Shown here one piece after another: positions 7,799 to 16,399 of a stretch of 34,912 nt of DNA. This stretch comes from Nanobdellota archaeon (GTDB lineage: Archaea > Nanobdellota > Nanobdellia > Pacearchaeales > GW2011-AR1). A program made the translations under genes and the position numbers. Every line of letters starts with the position of its first letter. Position 1 is the first letter of the stretch. The notes under the pieces are model-generated. The model saw only the letters and a list, made by a program, of their open reading frames with translations, was not told where the DNA came from and made no database searches. Location of the stretch: the NCBI GenBank assembly GCA_038045485.1, contig JBBSYA010000052.1, positions 1 through 34,912 of the forward strand, given 5' to 3'.

Positions 7799-8827
7799 TT
7801 AATGTGCAACCATCATACTTGCACAAGATTTAAAATCAATTTCTATATTAGATAAATAAATTTCCTGAGCCAATACACAAAGATTATGGCACAATATTTT
7901 GCATAAAATTTCATTAGTCTGTGAAATAGGATCCTTAAACATAACCGAATCAGAGAATCTTTGTTTTATCATAAAGAATCCAGATTCCGCATTTGAACGA
8001 AGATGATATTTCTCCATGAATTCTTCCCGATTATTCTTAAAATATTTGTATATTCTATTCCAAGCTGGAGCTCCTCTTGATTTTCCAGTAGCATTTTTTT
8101 TAAATGGAATATAGGGAGTTATATTTAGATCGTCCGCAAATTGTAAATTCTCCCTTGATGAATAAGCTAAATCTGCCGAAATTTCTTCAACATTAAAATT
8201 ATCTGCCGCATGTTGTAGTAATTCAATAAATCTGGGGGAATCAGCAGCAGTTCCATCAGTAATTATAGCATTAGCTATTATGTTGCTATGAACTCCATAA
8301 ATACAATGTGCCTTTTTGTATTGCTGGTGCATAGAGAATTTTTGCCTTGCTGAAACCCATCTTTCCATGTATTTTCTTTCAGAAAAACCAGTCGAGTCTA
8401 TTGCGAATTTAGTTTCTAGTTGAGCTACAGGTAATGCCGAGAGTTCTATAAGAAATTTTAAGTGTTTAGTTACATTGTGATTATCAAAATAATTACAGAT
8501 AGAATTAAAATGAGGAACACTATTAATAAAATTCTTGTTTCTGCATAATTCTAAGTCTGAAATAAGTCTTCTGGCAGATAATCCTGAATAAACCTTAAAA
8601 CACATACAAAAGATCATATGATTTACTGGTTGAGGATGTCTACCCTTTCCCGCATAAGGATTTCCCTCAGTCATGCTTGCTAATTCTTTTAAAAGATTCA
8701 ATACTATAATTTTCTCTCTGGTTTGAGAATTATTGTACGCTCTCCAGTTAAACGGCTCTTCTGCTTCAAAATTAGCCCATTCATCCATTGTTTTCTGCGG
8801 TTCTGGTTCTTTGTCATATACTTTCAT
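7799..8827 (-). CDS. DDE transposase (IS4/IS5-superfamily-like, DDE_Tnp_1 type)
   Basis: Candidate catalytic triad contexts are FAIDSTGFS, ISADLAYSS and RSNAESGFFMIKQRF. The N-terminal W-x-AYNNSQTREK motif is typical of this transposase class. Terminal inverted repeats not resolved. Confidence 0.8.
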   Translation of the reverse strand: MKVYDKEPEPQKTMDEWANFEAEEPFNWRAYNNSQTREKIIVLNLLKELASMTEGNPYAGKGRHPQPVNHMIFCMCFKVYSGLSARRLISDLELCRNKNFINSVPHFNSICNYFDNHNVTKHLKFLIELSALPVAQLETKFAIDSTGFSERKYMERWVSARQKFSMHQQYKKAHCIYGVHSNIIANAIITDGTAADSPRFIELLQHAADNFNVEEISADLAYSSRENLQFADDLNITPYIPFKKNATGKSRGAPAWNRIYKYFKNNREEFMEKYHLRSNAESGFFMIKQRFSDSVMFKDPISQTNEILCKILCHNLCVLAQEIYLSNIEIDFKSCASMMVAH

Positions 8828-8910
8828 GTTTGTGTTTCCTTGAATTTAATTTTACTATAACTAGTAAGCAGCCCCATAAGTTTTCCCCATAAACTGCTTA
8901 TATGTATTTA

Positions 8911-9012
8911 TAGTCTATTAACTCATAGTTAAGCCCCTTTATAAACTTTATGGATTTATAGACTAAAAACTATTAGACTATGGAAACATTTATATATGTA
9001 AATATAGTCTAT
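8911..9012. promoter_or_regulatory. Four TAGWCTA quasi-palindromic sites around the promoter of the AbrB/wHTH/GmrSD operon
   Basis: TAGTCTAT at 8911, ATAGACTA at 8958, TTAGACTA at 8973 and TAGTCTAT at 9005. GAAACATTTATATA (8983-8996) lies between sites 3 and 4, 22 nt before the ATG at 9018. Confidence 0.5.
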
Positions 9013-9017
9013 ATATT

Positions 9018-9239
9018 ATGGTAAAAAGTGGTGGAATTCCAAGAGAAGTCTTGAACGATTTAGATATAACTAAAAGAAGAGAGATAAAACCTGAAGAGGT
9101 AACCGTAATAGTAGAAAGACATCAAATTAAAATTCCCCTGCCAAAAAATGTTAGAATTAAACTAAATCTAAAGAAAAATACAAAATGCATTGTATCTTAT
9201 GATGAAGAAAATAAAGAGGTAAATTGCAAGTTCAAATGA
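9018..9239 (+). CDS. AbrB/SpoVT-like small DNA-binding protein
   Basis: HQIKIPLPKNVRIKLNLKKNTKCIVSYDEE matches the swapped-hairpin (x)IPKxIRxxLxLxxGxxV pattern. Confidence 0.55.
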   Translation: MVKSGGIPREVLNDLDITKRREIKPEEVTVIVERHQIKIPLPKNVRIKLNLKKNTKCIVSYDEENKEVNCKFK

Positions 9240-9445
9240 AAGAAAAATTAAATCCAATAGAATCTAAAATTATAACTGTTCTAGTCCAGAATGGAGATTA
9301 TATGACTACCGCGCAAATAGCAAAAGAAGCAAAAATCTCCTGGAATACTGCTATTAATTATCTCACTGCCTTTCATAAAAAAGGATGGGTTGAGAAAGCA
9401 GGAGATACAGTTATCTCTTGGAGAGCTATTTTGGAGGGTGAATAA
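9236..9445 (+). CDS. Winged helix-turn-helix protein
   Basis: MTTAQIAKEAKISWNTAINYLTAFHKKGWVEK is a wHTH pattern. The ATG at 9236 overlaps the upstream stop (ATGA), suggesting translational coupling. The ORF-track start at 9224 is TTG. Confidence 0.55.
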   Translation: MKEKLNPIESKIITVLVQNGDYMTTAQIAKEAKISWNTAINYLTAFHKKGWVEKAGDTVISWRAILEGE

Positions 9446-9476
9446 GTTTTTATAGAAGCTTAAAGGTAAATAAAAC

Positions 9477-11183
9477 ATGGTAAAAGCAGATATAAAGATA
9501 AGAGAACTTGTTGACAAGGTACAAAGAGGAGAACTAAAGCTCCCAGAAATGCAGAGAAAATATGTTTGGCCTGCAACAAGAGTTAGAGATCTTCTTGATT
9601 CCCTTTATCGTAAATATCCCTCTGGAACAATTTTAGTTTGGGAAACAGATGAAGATATTACCGATAGAAATTTAGCTATAAAAGCTACCAAAAGTCCAAC
9701 AACTTCTCAGAAACTACTTTTATTAGACGGACAACAAAGAGTTACGTCTCTCTCTGCAATTTTGTCAGGAGAACCTATTCAGGTTAAAAATAAAGATAAA
9801 CCTATTGAGATTTTATTTAATTTAGAACATCCAGAAGGTCCACCTACAGAATTAATAGAAGTTGATGAAAAAGATGTTCCAGAAGATTTTGAAGAAAATG
9901 AAGATGAAGAATCTGCTAGAGTAGATATTCAACAAGAATTAAAAAAGAGAACTTTTGTAGTTTCTACTAAAATGCTTAAAAATAATCCCCTATGGGTATC
10001 AGTTTCTGATGTTTTCAAAAAAAGCGAGAGTCAAATATTAAAACCACTTGGAATAAATTCTGATGATTCTAAATGGGAAAAATATTCTAAGAGGTTACAA
10101 GAATTAAAGAAAATTGAAGAGTATGAATATGTTATGCAAATATTAGATAAAAAAATGTCTTATGAAGAAGTAACTGAAATTTTTGTTAGAGTAAACTCTT
10201 TGGGTATTAAATTAAGGGGTTCTGATTTGGCACTGGCACAAATAACATCTAGATGGAAAGGATTTATGGGGCAACTAGAAAATTTCTCTTCAGAATTTGA
10301 TAAGGATGATGGGGAATATTTATTAAATTCAGGTTTACTCGTTAAAACACTTGTTTCATTCGCAACACACCAAAGTAAGTTTAAAACAGTTGGTAAATTA
10401 TCTCTGAAACAATTAGAAAGTTCATGGGAATTAGCTAAGAATGGAATACGTTTTGCAGTCAATTTCATAAAAACTAATGCTCGAGTTGATAGACTGGATT
10501 ATCTTTCTTCCCCTTTCTTAATTATTCCGATAGCTGTTTATGCAATTAATAATAAAGAAAATTTATCTAATGAAAACGAAAAGCTTTTGTTAAAATGGCT
10601 ATTTTACGCTCATATGAGGGGGCATTATAGTTTGGGCTCATCTGAATCTATTCTTGATGCGGATTTGTCTAGCCTATTTAATAAAAATAATCTTGAATAC
10701 TTAAACAATATTTTGTTAAATCAGGTAAAGAGATTCGAAGTTATTTCTGATGATTTAAAAAATAGGGGAACTTCAGGCCCTTTCTTTTCTATGTTATATC
10801 TTATATTAAAAGAAGGCGGGGCTAAGGATTGGTTTACTGGACTCCCTCTGTCAAACAAACATATCGGAAAAAGCCACTCTTTACAGTATCATCATATTTT
10901 CCCGCAATCTCTTCTAAAAGAGAAAGGTTTTGATAGAAAAGAGATAAATGAAATAGCTAATATGGCATTCATAGGTGGGAAGACAAATCGTACGATTACA
11001 AATAAAGAGCCAAAAATATATTTTGAAGATATAATTCAAAAAAAAGGCGAAGGAGCGCTTACTTCTCAGCTTATAACAATGAATAAGGAGTATTGGGAAA
11101 TAAATAATTTTCTTATTTTCACACAAAAGAGAAGAGAATTGATTGCAGAAGAAATAAACAAATTTATGAAAAAACTTGAATAA
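9477..11183 (+). CDS. GmrSD-like DUF262 (ParB-like NTPase) + DUF1524 (His-Me finger nuclease) protein, putative type IV restriction enzyme
   Basis: N-terminal LPEMQRKYVW...LLDSLYRKYPSGTI...LLDGQQRVTSL is the DUF262 hallmark DGQQR. C-terminal LQYHHIFPQS...NEIANMAFIGGKTN is a DUF1524-type H...N...N pattern. Confidence 0.85.
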   Translation: MVKADIKIRELVDKVQRGELKLPEMQRKYVWPATRVRDLLDSLYRKYPSGTILVWETDEDITDRNLAIKATKSPTTSQKLLLLDGQQRVTSLSAILSGEPIQVKNKDKPIEILFNLEHPEGPPTELIEVDEKDVPEDFEENEDEESARVDIQQELKKRTFVVSTKMLKNNPLWVSVSDVFKKSESQILKPLGINSDDSKWEKYSKRLQELKKIEEYEYVMQILDKKMSYEEVTEIFVRVNSLGIKLRGSDLALAQITSRWKGFMGQLENFSSEFDKDDGEYLLNSGLLVKTLVSFATHQSKFKTVGKLSLKQLESSWELAKNGIRFAVNFIKTNARVDRLDYLSSPFLIIPIAVYAINNKENLSNENEKLLLKWLFYAHMRGHYSLGSSESILDADLSSLFNKNNLEYLNNILLNQVKRFEVISDDLKNRGTSGPFFSMLYLILKEGGAKDWFTGLPLSNKHIGKSHSLQYHHIFPQSLLKEKGFDRKEINEIANMAFIGGKTNRTITNKEPKIYFEDIIQKKGEGALTSQLITMNKEYWEINNFLIFTQKRRELIAEEINKFMKKLE

Positions 11184-11287
11184 AATGGAAAATCAAAATT
11201 ATAGTAAGCATAGTAATAGAAATTAATAAGATTATTAAACTATGAATTTGGTATAAATATTGTAGATAGTAAGGGGGGTTAAAAAAG

Positions 11288-13705
11288 ATGGCAAACGAAA
11301 GAAATACTGAAAATATAGTTAGAGATCATTTCAAGAAAGATCCATTATATAATATAATTAAGTTAGAAGAACAAAAATCTTCTAATAAAAAAATTGATGA
11401 AATTTTACAATATTCTTCTAAATCTGGTTCGGGAGTAGGAAAACCAGAATTTTTAATTACATTCCCTTCTGGTGATGCAGATTATATCATTGTAATAGAA
11501 TGTAAGGCAGATATAACTCTTCATAAAAGCAAAAAAGAGGACAATCCCAAGGATTATGCAGTTGATGGTGTTATTAAATATGCTAAAAAACTTGCTGAGA
11601 AATTTAATGTAATTGCTATTGCAGTAAGTGGAGAAACAGAAAAAGAAATGTTAGTATCTCATTTCCTTTTTAAAAAACAGACAAAAACTTATAGTGAACT
11701 AAAAGAGGGCAATATTCTTTGTTCAATTAACGACTATTTAAGAATATTCGGTAATAATAATTTTGCAGATAATTTAAAAAATATAGACATCATCCAGAAA
11801 GCAATTTATTTGAATGAACTATATCAATCTTATTCTGTAACAGAGAATACTCGATGTACGATGATTAGTGCAATTCTTGTATCATTACTTGATGATCCTT
11901 TTAGAAGTAGTTATAATAAATACAATTCCTCAGCTTCACTTGCTAAAGCAATACTTTCTGCAATTCAAAATGTCTTAGAAAAAAATAATGTGAAAGGCAA
12001 GGGAGAAATGCTTGGAGAATATAACAAAATATTAAATGAGCCTCTTTTTAAAGAAGAAAAAATAAAACATCGAGATGAAAAGGATTACCAATTATCCATA
12101 GAGATTAATAAGGGAATAATAGATTATATTCATGAAAATGTTTATCCACTGGTAGATATGGAACAAAGCGGATTTGATGTTCTTGGAAGATTCTATACTG
12201 AATTCATTAGATATGCGGGAAGTGAACAAAGTCAGGGATTAGTACTAACGCCGTCACACATAACGGATCTTTTTTGTGATTTAGCAAATATAAACGAAAA
12301 TAGTATATTATACGATCCTTGTTGTGGCACTGGTGGATTTTTAATTGCTGGAATGAAAAGGATGTTAAAACTAGCTGGAGATCGAGAAACTAAAATAAAA
12401 TCTATAAAATCAAAACAATTAATAGGCGTTGAATTACGCCCTTCCATGTTTACATATGCTTGTTCTAATATGATGATGAGAGGAGATGGGAAATCAAATA
12501 TTTATTGCGGAGATTGTTTTAGCCTAGAAAATTCAGTAATGAAAAATCATAAACCCAATATTGCTTTTTTAAATCCCCCTTATGATGTTGGAAATGCTGG
12601 GCAAATGAGATTTATAGAACATGCATTAAAAGTAGTTGAACCTCAAAATGGCATTGTAGTAGCAATTGTTCAGATGAGTTGTGCATTTAAAAATGAAAAA
12701 GAATTAATTGCAATTAAAAAAAGAATATTAGAAAAAAATAGATTAATTGCCTCCCTTTCAATGCCTGATGATTTATTTTATCCCATTGGGGTTATAACAA
12801 CCATTATGGTTTTTAAGGCTGGAGAAAAGAATGAAAAGAAAAAAACATGGTTTGGATATTTTAAAGATGATGGGTTTGAAAAAAGAAAGCACAGAGGGAG
12901 AATAGATGCTAGATCTAAATGGTTAGAAATAAAAGATAAATGGATAAGAGCATATAATAATCTTGATGAAGTTCCTGGCATTTCTATTAAAGCAGAAGTA
13001 ACGGAAGAAGAAGAATGGTGTGCAGAAGCTTATATGAAAACAGATTACTCTGTTCTTTCAGAAAAAAACTTTGAGAATAAAATGAGGGACTATGTAGCAT
13101 TTACTATAGAATCAAATACAAGTGCGAATACAAATTCCAAAATTGGAGAAAAAATAAAGAAAAAAAACATTTCTTTATCTGAAAGAAAATGGAAGTGGTT
13201 TAAATATGATTCTATTTTTGAAATAAAGCATGGATTTTATAATAGAAAACCAGATACAAATCCTAACGGAGAGATAATTTTTATAGGGGCTACTGAATTA
13301 AATAATGGAATAACTTCACATCATAAAATAGAAGATATAGAGGCAACGCCCAAAGCAGAAAATGCACCAAATGTGCCTCTTAAAGAAAAAATATTTGAAA
13401 AAAATAGTATTACTGTTTCAAATAATGGTTCTGTTGGATATGCTTTCTATCAACCAATAAATTTTACTTGTTCTCATGATGTAAATCCCCTATATTTAAA
13501 AGAAAAAGAGTTAAATAAATACATTGCAATGTTCTTATGTCCCTTGATAGAATTAGAACAGTATAGATGGGCATTTGGTAGAAAATGGAGACCAATAAGA
13601 ATGCCTCTATCTGAAATAAAATTACCTATAAATGAAAAAGGAAATCCTGATTGGAATTTTATGGAAAATTATATTAAATCTTTGCCTTATAGTTCAAACT
13701 TATAA
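11288..13705 (+). CDS. Single-polypeptide restriction-modification enzyme: PD-(D/E)xK nuclease + gamma-class N6-adenine methyltransferase + one HsdS-like TRD (Type IIG/IIB-like)
   Basis: N-terminal GDADYIIVIECKAD is a D...ExK motif. The methylase part has GLVLTPSHITDLF, motif I DPCCGTGGFL and motif IV FLNPPYD. The C-terminal roughly 190 aa look HsdS-like (WKWFKYDSIFEIKHG ... IRMPLSEIKLPINEKGNPDWNFMENYIKSL). A GGGGGT SD-like sequence precedes the ATG. Confidence 0.85.
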   Translation: MANERNTENIVRDHFKKDPLYNIIKLEEQKSSNKKIDEILQYSSKSGSGVGKPEFLITFPSGDADYIIVIECKADITLHKSKKEDNPKDYAVDGVIKYAKKLAEKFNVIAIAVSGETEKEMLVSHFLFKKQTKTYSELKEGNILCSINDYLRIFGNNNFADNLKNIDIIQKAIYLNELYQSYSVTENTRCTMISAILVSLLDDPFRSSYNKYNSSASLAKAILSAIQNVLEKNNVKGKGEMLGEYNKILNEPLFKEEKIKHRDEKDYQLSIEINKGIIDYIHENVYPLVDMEQSGFDVLGRFYTEFIRYAGSEQSQGLVLTPSHITDLFCDLANINENSILYDPCCGTGGFLIAGMKRMLKLAGDRETKIKSIKSKQLIGVELRPSMFTYACSNMMMRGDGKSNIYCGDCFSLENSVMKNHKPNIAFLNPPYDVGNAGQMRFIEHALKVVEPQNGIVVAIVQMSCAFKNEKELIAIKKRILEKNRLIASLSMPDDLFYPIGVITTIMVFKAGEKNEKKKTWFGYFKDDGFEKRKHRGRIDARSKWLEIKDKWIRAYNNLDEVPGISIKAEVTEEEEWCAEAYMKTDYSVLSEKNFENKMRDYVAFTIESNTSANTNSKIGEKIKKKNISLSERKWKWFKYDSIFEIKHGFYNRKPDTNPNGEIIFIGATELNNGITSHHKIEDIEATPKAENAPNVPLKEKIFEKNSITVSNNGSVGYAFYQPINFTCSHDVNPLYLKEKELNKYIAMFLCPLIELEQYRWAFGRKWRPIRMPLSEIKLPINEKGNPDWNFMENYIKSLPYSSNL

Positions 13706-14380
13706 CCTCGCAATCTTACCAGCATCAGTAAGTTCTATTCCTTTTTCTGTAGAAACTAAATCCATATCCTTTAGTTCGTCAATTGCTCGGTATAGCATTG
13801 CCGTAGATAAATCGATTTTAGCTGCTAAATCTCCAATAGATTCGTACTTCTTTTTTCCGACTTCTTCAAGAATTTTCTTTTGGCTTTCAGTTAAATGAAA
13901 ACTTAGTCTTGGAAGATAAACAATAGAACTTTTATCTTCTTCAGGATTGTAAGCAATCTTACTAACTCGTTCGTGCCTGGCGTAAGCTGCAAAAAGCAAT
14001 CCAATAGCCTTAGTTTTCCTTCCAGCAGTAATATTCACAAAAATATGATCTTCTTTCGGCTGTAAATCAATAACCTCTACAGCTTTTCGAGCCACTTCAA
14101 CTATATCATAAACATCAGTCTTCACAATTTTTATCTCTAGAACCTTCCCTAATGATTCCTGGATGAGTTTTACAGAAGCTTCCTGTTCTTTATCAGGATC
14201 CTTATCAATTAGAAGTATAAGTCTCTCAGGCCCGAGCCGTGTCGCAGCCAAAAGAACTGGTTCAGGATTATATAATGTCGCGATAAGCACCTTTTTTCCC
14301 ATGATTTCTTCGTTTGCCTGGTTTTCAGGCTTAATTTCCTCAATAATAAAGGGTTTTTCTTCGTTTATATAAGTTTCCAT
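13700..14380 (-). CDS. csa3: Csa3-like CARF + wHTH transcriptional regulator (cas_HTH type)
   Basis: The Rossmann-like N-domain has KKVLIATLYNPEPVLLAA and NITAGRKTKAIGLLFAAY, a CARF-type Thr/Gly loop. The C-terminal wHTH is LTESQKKILEEV...SIGDLAAKIDLSTAMLYRAIDELKDMDLV. Overall architecture is colinear with Sulfolobus Csa3 as I recall it. A TATA-like sequence on the minus strand (14402-14410) supports the 14380 start; an alternative ATG is at 14302. Confidence 0.65.
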   Translation of the reverse strand: METYINEEKPFIIEEIKPENQANEEIMGKKVLIATLYNPEPVLLAATRLGPERLILLIDKDPDKEQEASVKLIQESLGKVLEIKIVKTDVYDIVEVARKAVEVIDLQPKEDHIFVNITAGRKTKAIGLLFAAYARHERVSKIAYNPEEDKSSIVYLPRLSFHLTESQKKILEEVGKKKYESIGDLAAKIDLSTAMLYRAIDELKDMDLVSTEKGIELTDAGKIARL

Positions 14381-14401
14381 AGGAAATAGAAAGGTAACCT
14401 A

Positions 14402-14461
14402 TTTATATATCTTTCTACATAATAGTATATAATTGTATTAAACAATAGAAAAGCTTATAAA
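14402..14461. promoter_or_regulatory. Divergent promoter region between csa3-like gene and AAA+ ATPase operon
   Basis: TTTATATAT (14402-14410) lies 22 nt from the minus-strand ATG. CTTATAAA (14454-14461) lies 24 nt upstream of the plus-strand ATG at 14486. Short imperfect inverted repeats lie between them (CTTTCTA / TAGAAAAG). Confidence 0.5.
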
Positions 14462-14485
14462 CCAGAAAAAGAGTAATCCTATACA

Positions 14486-15970
14486 ATGGTTAATAATTTA
14501 CTTAAACAATTTATAAAAGAATCAAGTCTATCTGAAAATAATAAACTTTCTATTAAATTTCTAGTCGATTCCATAAATGGAGAAATAAATCAGTTTACAG
14601 ACAAGTCTTATCTTTTTGAAGGCAGCCCAGGTATAGGAAAAACTTATTTTGTAGAGAGTTTTCTTAAAATGTTAGATTTTCCTGTTTTATATCTTGGTCC
14701 TTTCAAATTAGAAGGAAAGAATATAAGAAAATTTGATAGTCTTAAACAAATAATGGAAGAAATCCATAGTTTAGAAAAAGGAATAATTTACTTAGATGAT
14801 ATACAAAATTCATTAGAATTCGAAAGAGACGGCATGGGCGATCCTCATTTAAATGATATTGAAGGTAAAAGATTCCTAAATTTATTAGAATTAGTCAAAA
14901 GAAGCAACAAAAAGTTATTTCTTATTATGACTGTTAATGACTCGAGTTTTATGGAAGATTCTTGGAAGGATAGAATAGAAACTTTTATAGATTTATTGGA
15001 GCCTTTTGAAAAAAGCAAAAAGATTTTTCTAAATAAAAAATATGGTAATTTAATAGGTAAAAATATAATCAATGAAATTGCCTCTAAATCAATTGGTTAT
15101 AATTTTAGAAATCTTGATGAAGTAATAAGAATGGCTTATCGTTTTGGTAATGGAATAATTAATCTCAAATCTACAAACAAAGCATTTTCTAGCTATACTC
15201 CTTCTGGGCTTGCAAACTATGATATTGAATTTAAATCAAATTTGAATTTTAACAATGTTTTCGGCCATAACAAAATAAAAAAGGAACTGAAAAAATTAGC
15301 ATTATATAAAAATAATAAAAATAAACTAGACAAATTACAAATAAAAAGAAATAATTTTTTCATATTCTCTGGAAATCATGGTATAGGAAAAACTCATATG
15401 GCGCGAGCATTAGCTGGTGAGTTAAAATTGCCTTTAATTAAAATTAGCGCGTGGGATATTCATTCACCCAGACATGGAATTACTAAAATAATGAACACAG
15501 CTAGCCGATACAAGAATTGCATTATTCTTATTGATGAGGCAGATAAATTACTAGGTCTACATGCTTATTCTATGGAAGAAGAAGGGGTTTTGCTTGGAGA
15601 AATGAATCGGCAAATAGATGATGCTGCCAGAGAAATTAAATCAATAATAATTCTTTCAGTTAATAATCTAACTAGACTTGGAAAAGCTATGAAAGATAGA
15701 TTTACTGTATTGGAGTTCAATAATCCGCCAATAGAAGACAGAAGAGAATTTGTAAATAATCTAATAAGCAAAAGTGGACTAAACCTTTCAGTAACTGCCG
15801 AAGATATTGCTCAAATGACAGATGGCAGAAATTATAGGGATATTCAAAGAATTTGGAATGATGTAGTCTTTTATTATTTAGAAAATAAAGAAATGGATAA
15901 GAATATTCTTACCGATTTAATTGTCCCCATCAATATTAATGAAAGGAGAGTTCATACTGGAATTGGATAA
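14486..15970 (+). CDS. Tandem classic-clade AAA+ ATPase (two ATPase modules, no recognisable N-terminal substrate domain)
   Basis: D1 has Walker A GSPGIGKT, Walker B IIYLDD (no Glu) and an SRH-like WKDRIETFIDLLEP. D2 has Walker A GNHGIGKT, Walker B ILIDEADKL, sensor-1 LSVNN and AMKDRFTVLEFNNPPIEDRREF. Confidence 0.85.
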   Translation: MVNNLLKQFIKESSLSENNKLSIKFLVDSINGEINQFTDKSYLFEGSPGIGKTYFVESFLKMLDFPVLYLGPFKLEGKNIRKFDSLKQIMEEIHSLEKGIIYLDDIQNSLEFERDGMGDPHLNDIEGKRFLNLLELVKRSNKKLFLIMTVNDSSFMEDSWKDRIETFIDLLEPFEKSKKIFLNKKYGNLIGKNIINEIASKSIGYNFRNLDEVIRMAYRFGNGIINLKSTNKAFSSYTPSGLANYDIEFKSNLNFNNVFGHNKIKKELKKLALYKNNKNKLDKLQIKRNNFFIFSGNHGIGKTHMARALAGELKLPLIKISAWDIHSPRHGITKIMNTASRYKNCIILIDEADKLLGLHAYSMEEEGVLLGEMNRQIDDAAREIKSIIILSVNNLTRLGKAMKDRFTVLEFNNPPIEDRREFVNNLISKSGLNLSVTAEDIAQMTDGRNYRDIQRIWNDVVFYYLENKEMDKNILTDLIVPININERRVHTGIG

Positions 15971-15971
15971 T

Positions 15972-16130
15972 ATGAATAAACAAGATAAAATTTGGGAATT
16001 ATATGAAAGAACGATGCAAGATATAGGAACATTGAAACATTTTTGTAAAGATAATCCTCGCGCATTAAAACAAATAACTTTTATTGATATAGATATAATT
16101 AATCTTAGAGAAAGAGGATTAAAAAAATGA
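15972..16130 (+). CDS. Tiny hypothetical protein (52 aa), operonic with the ATPase
   Basis: The ATG is 1 nt after the ATPase stop. The sequence looks helical. The ORF-track start at 15921 overlaps the ATPase, so the internal ATG is preferred. Confidence 0.35.
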   Translation: MNKQDKIWELYERTMQDIGTLKHFCKDNPRALKQITFIDIDIINLRERGLKK

Positions 16131-16378
16131 AAATACAGGATTTTTCAAGGCTAAAAAAAGGAGATGTAATCATAATTAGCTGGCTGGACCCTAAAAATTT
16201 AGAATTAGGAAATCTCGCCCCTACTTTAAATATAGGTTTTTATTATTCGCAGGATAAAAGAGAAATTTTAATAAGCAATATAATTAGTGGGAAAGGTAAA
16301 TCCTCAAAGTTTAATGTTACTATTATTCCTAAAAATTTAGTAACTAATCTCGAAGTGGTGAGGAGAAAAATAAAATGA
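16127..16378 (+). CDS. Small hypothetical protein (83 aa), operonic
   Basis: ATGA start/stop overlap with the preceding ORF. No recognisable domain. It is followed by a GC-rich hairpin. Confidence 0.4.
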   Translation: MKIQDFSRLKKGDVIIISWLDPKNLELGNLAPTLNIGFYYSQDKREILISNIISGKGKSSKFNVTIIPKNLVTNLEVVRRKIK

Positions 16379-16385
16379 ATAACCC

Positions 16386-16399
16386 CGCCCTAAAGGGCG
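16386..16399 (+). terminator. GC-rich hairpin after the ATPase operon
   Basis: CGCCC-TAAA-GGGCG lies 8 nt after the stop at 16378. It is conspicuous in an AT-rich background. Confidence 0.4.

Noticed and set aside
13632-13898. 88-aa plus-strand ORF overlapping the R-M gene end and antisense to the csa3-like gene
   Set aside because: It is a shadow ORF of two confident genes, and its translation is Ser/Ile-rich and low-complexity. The 14163-14372 ORF is rejected for the same reason.
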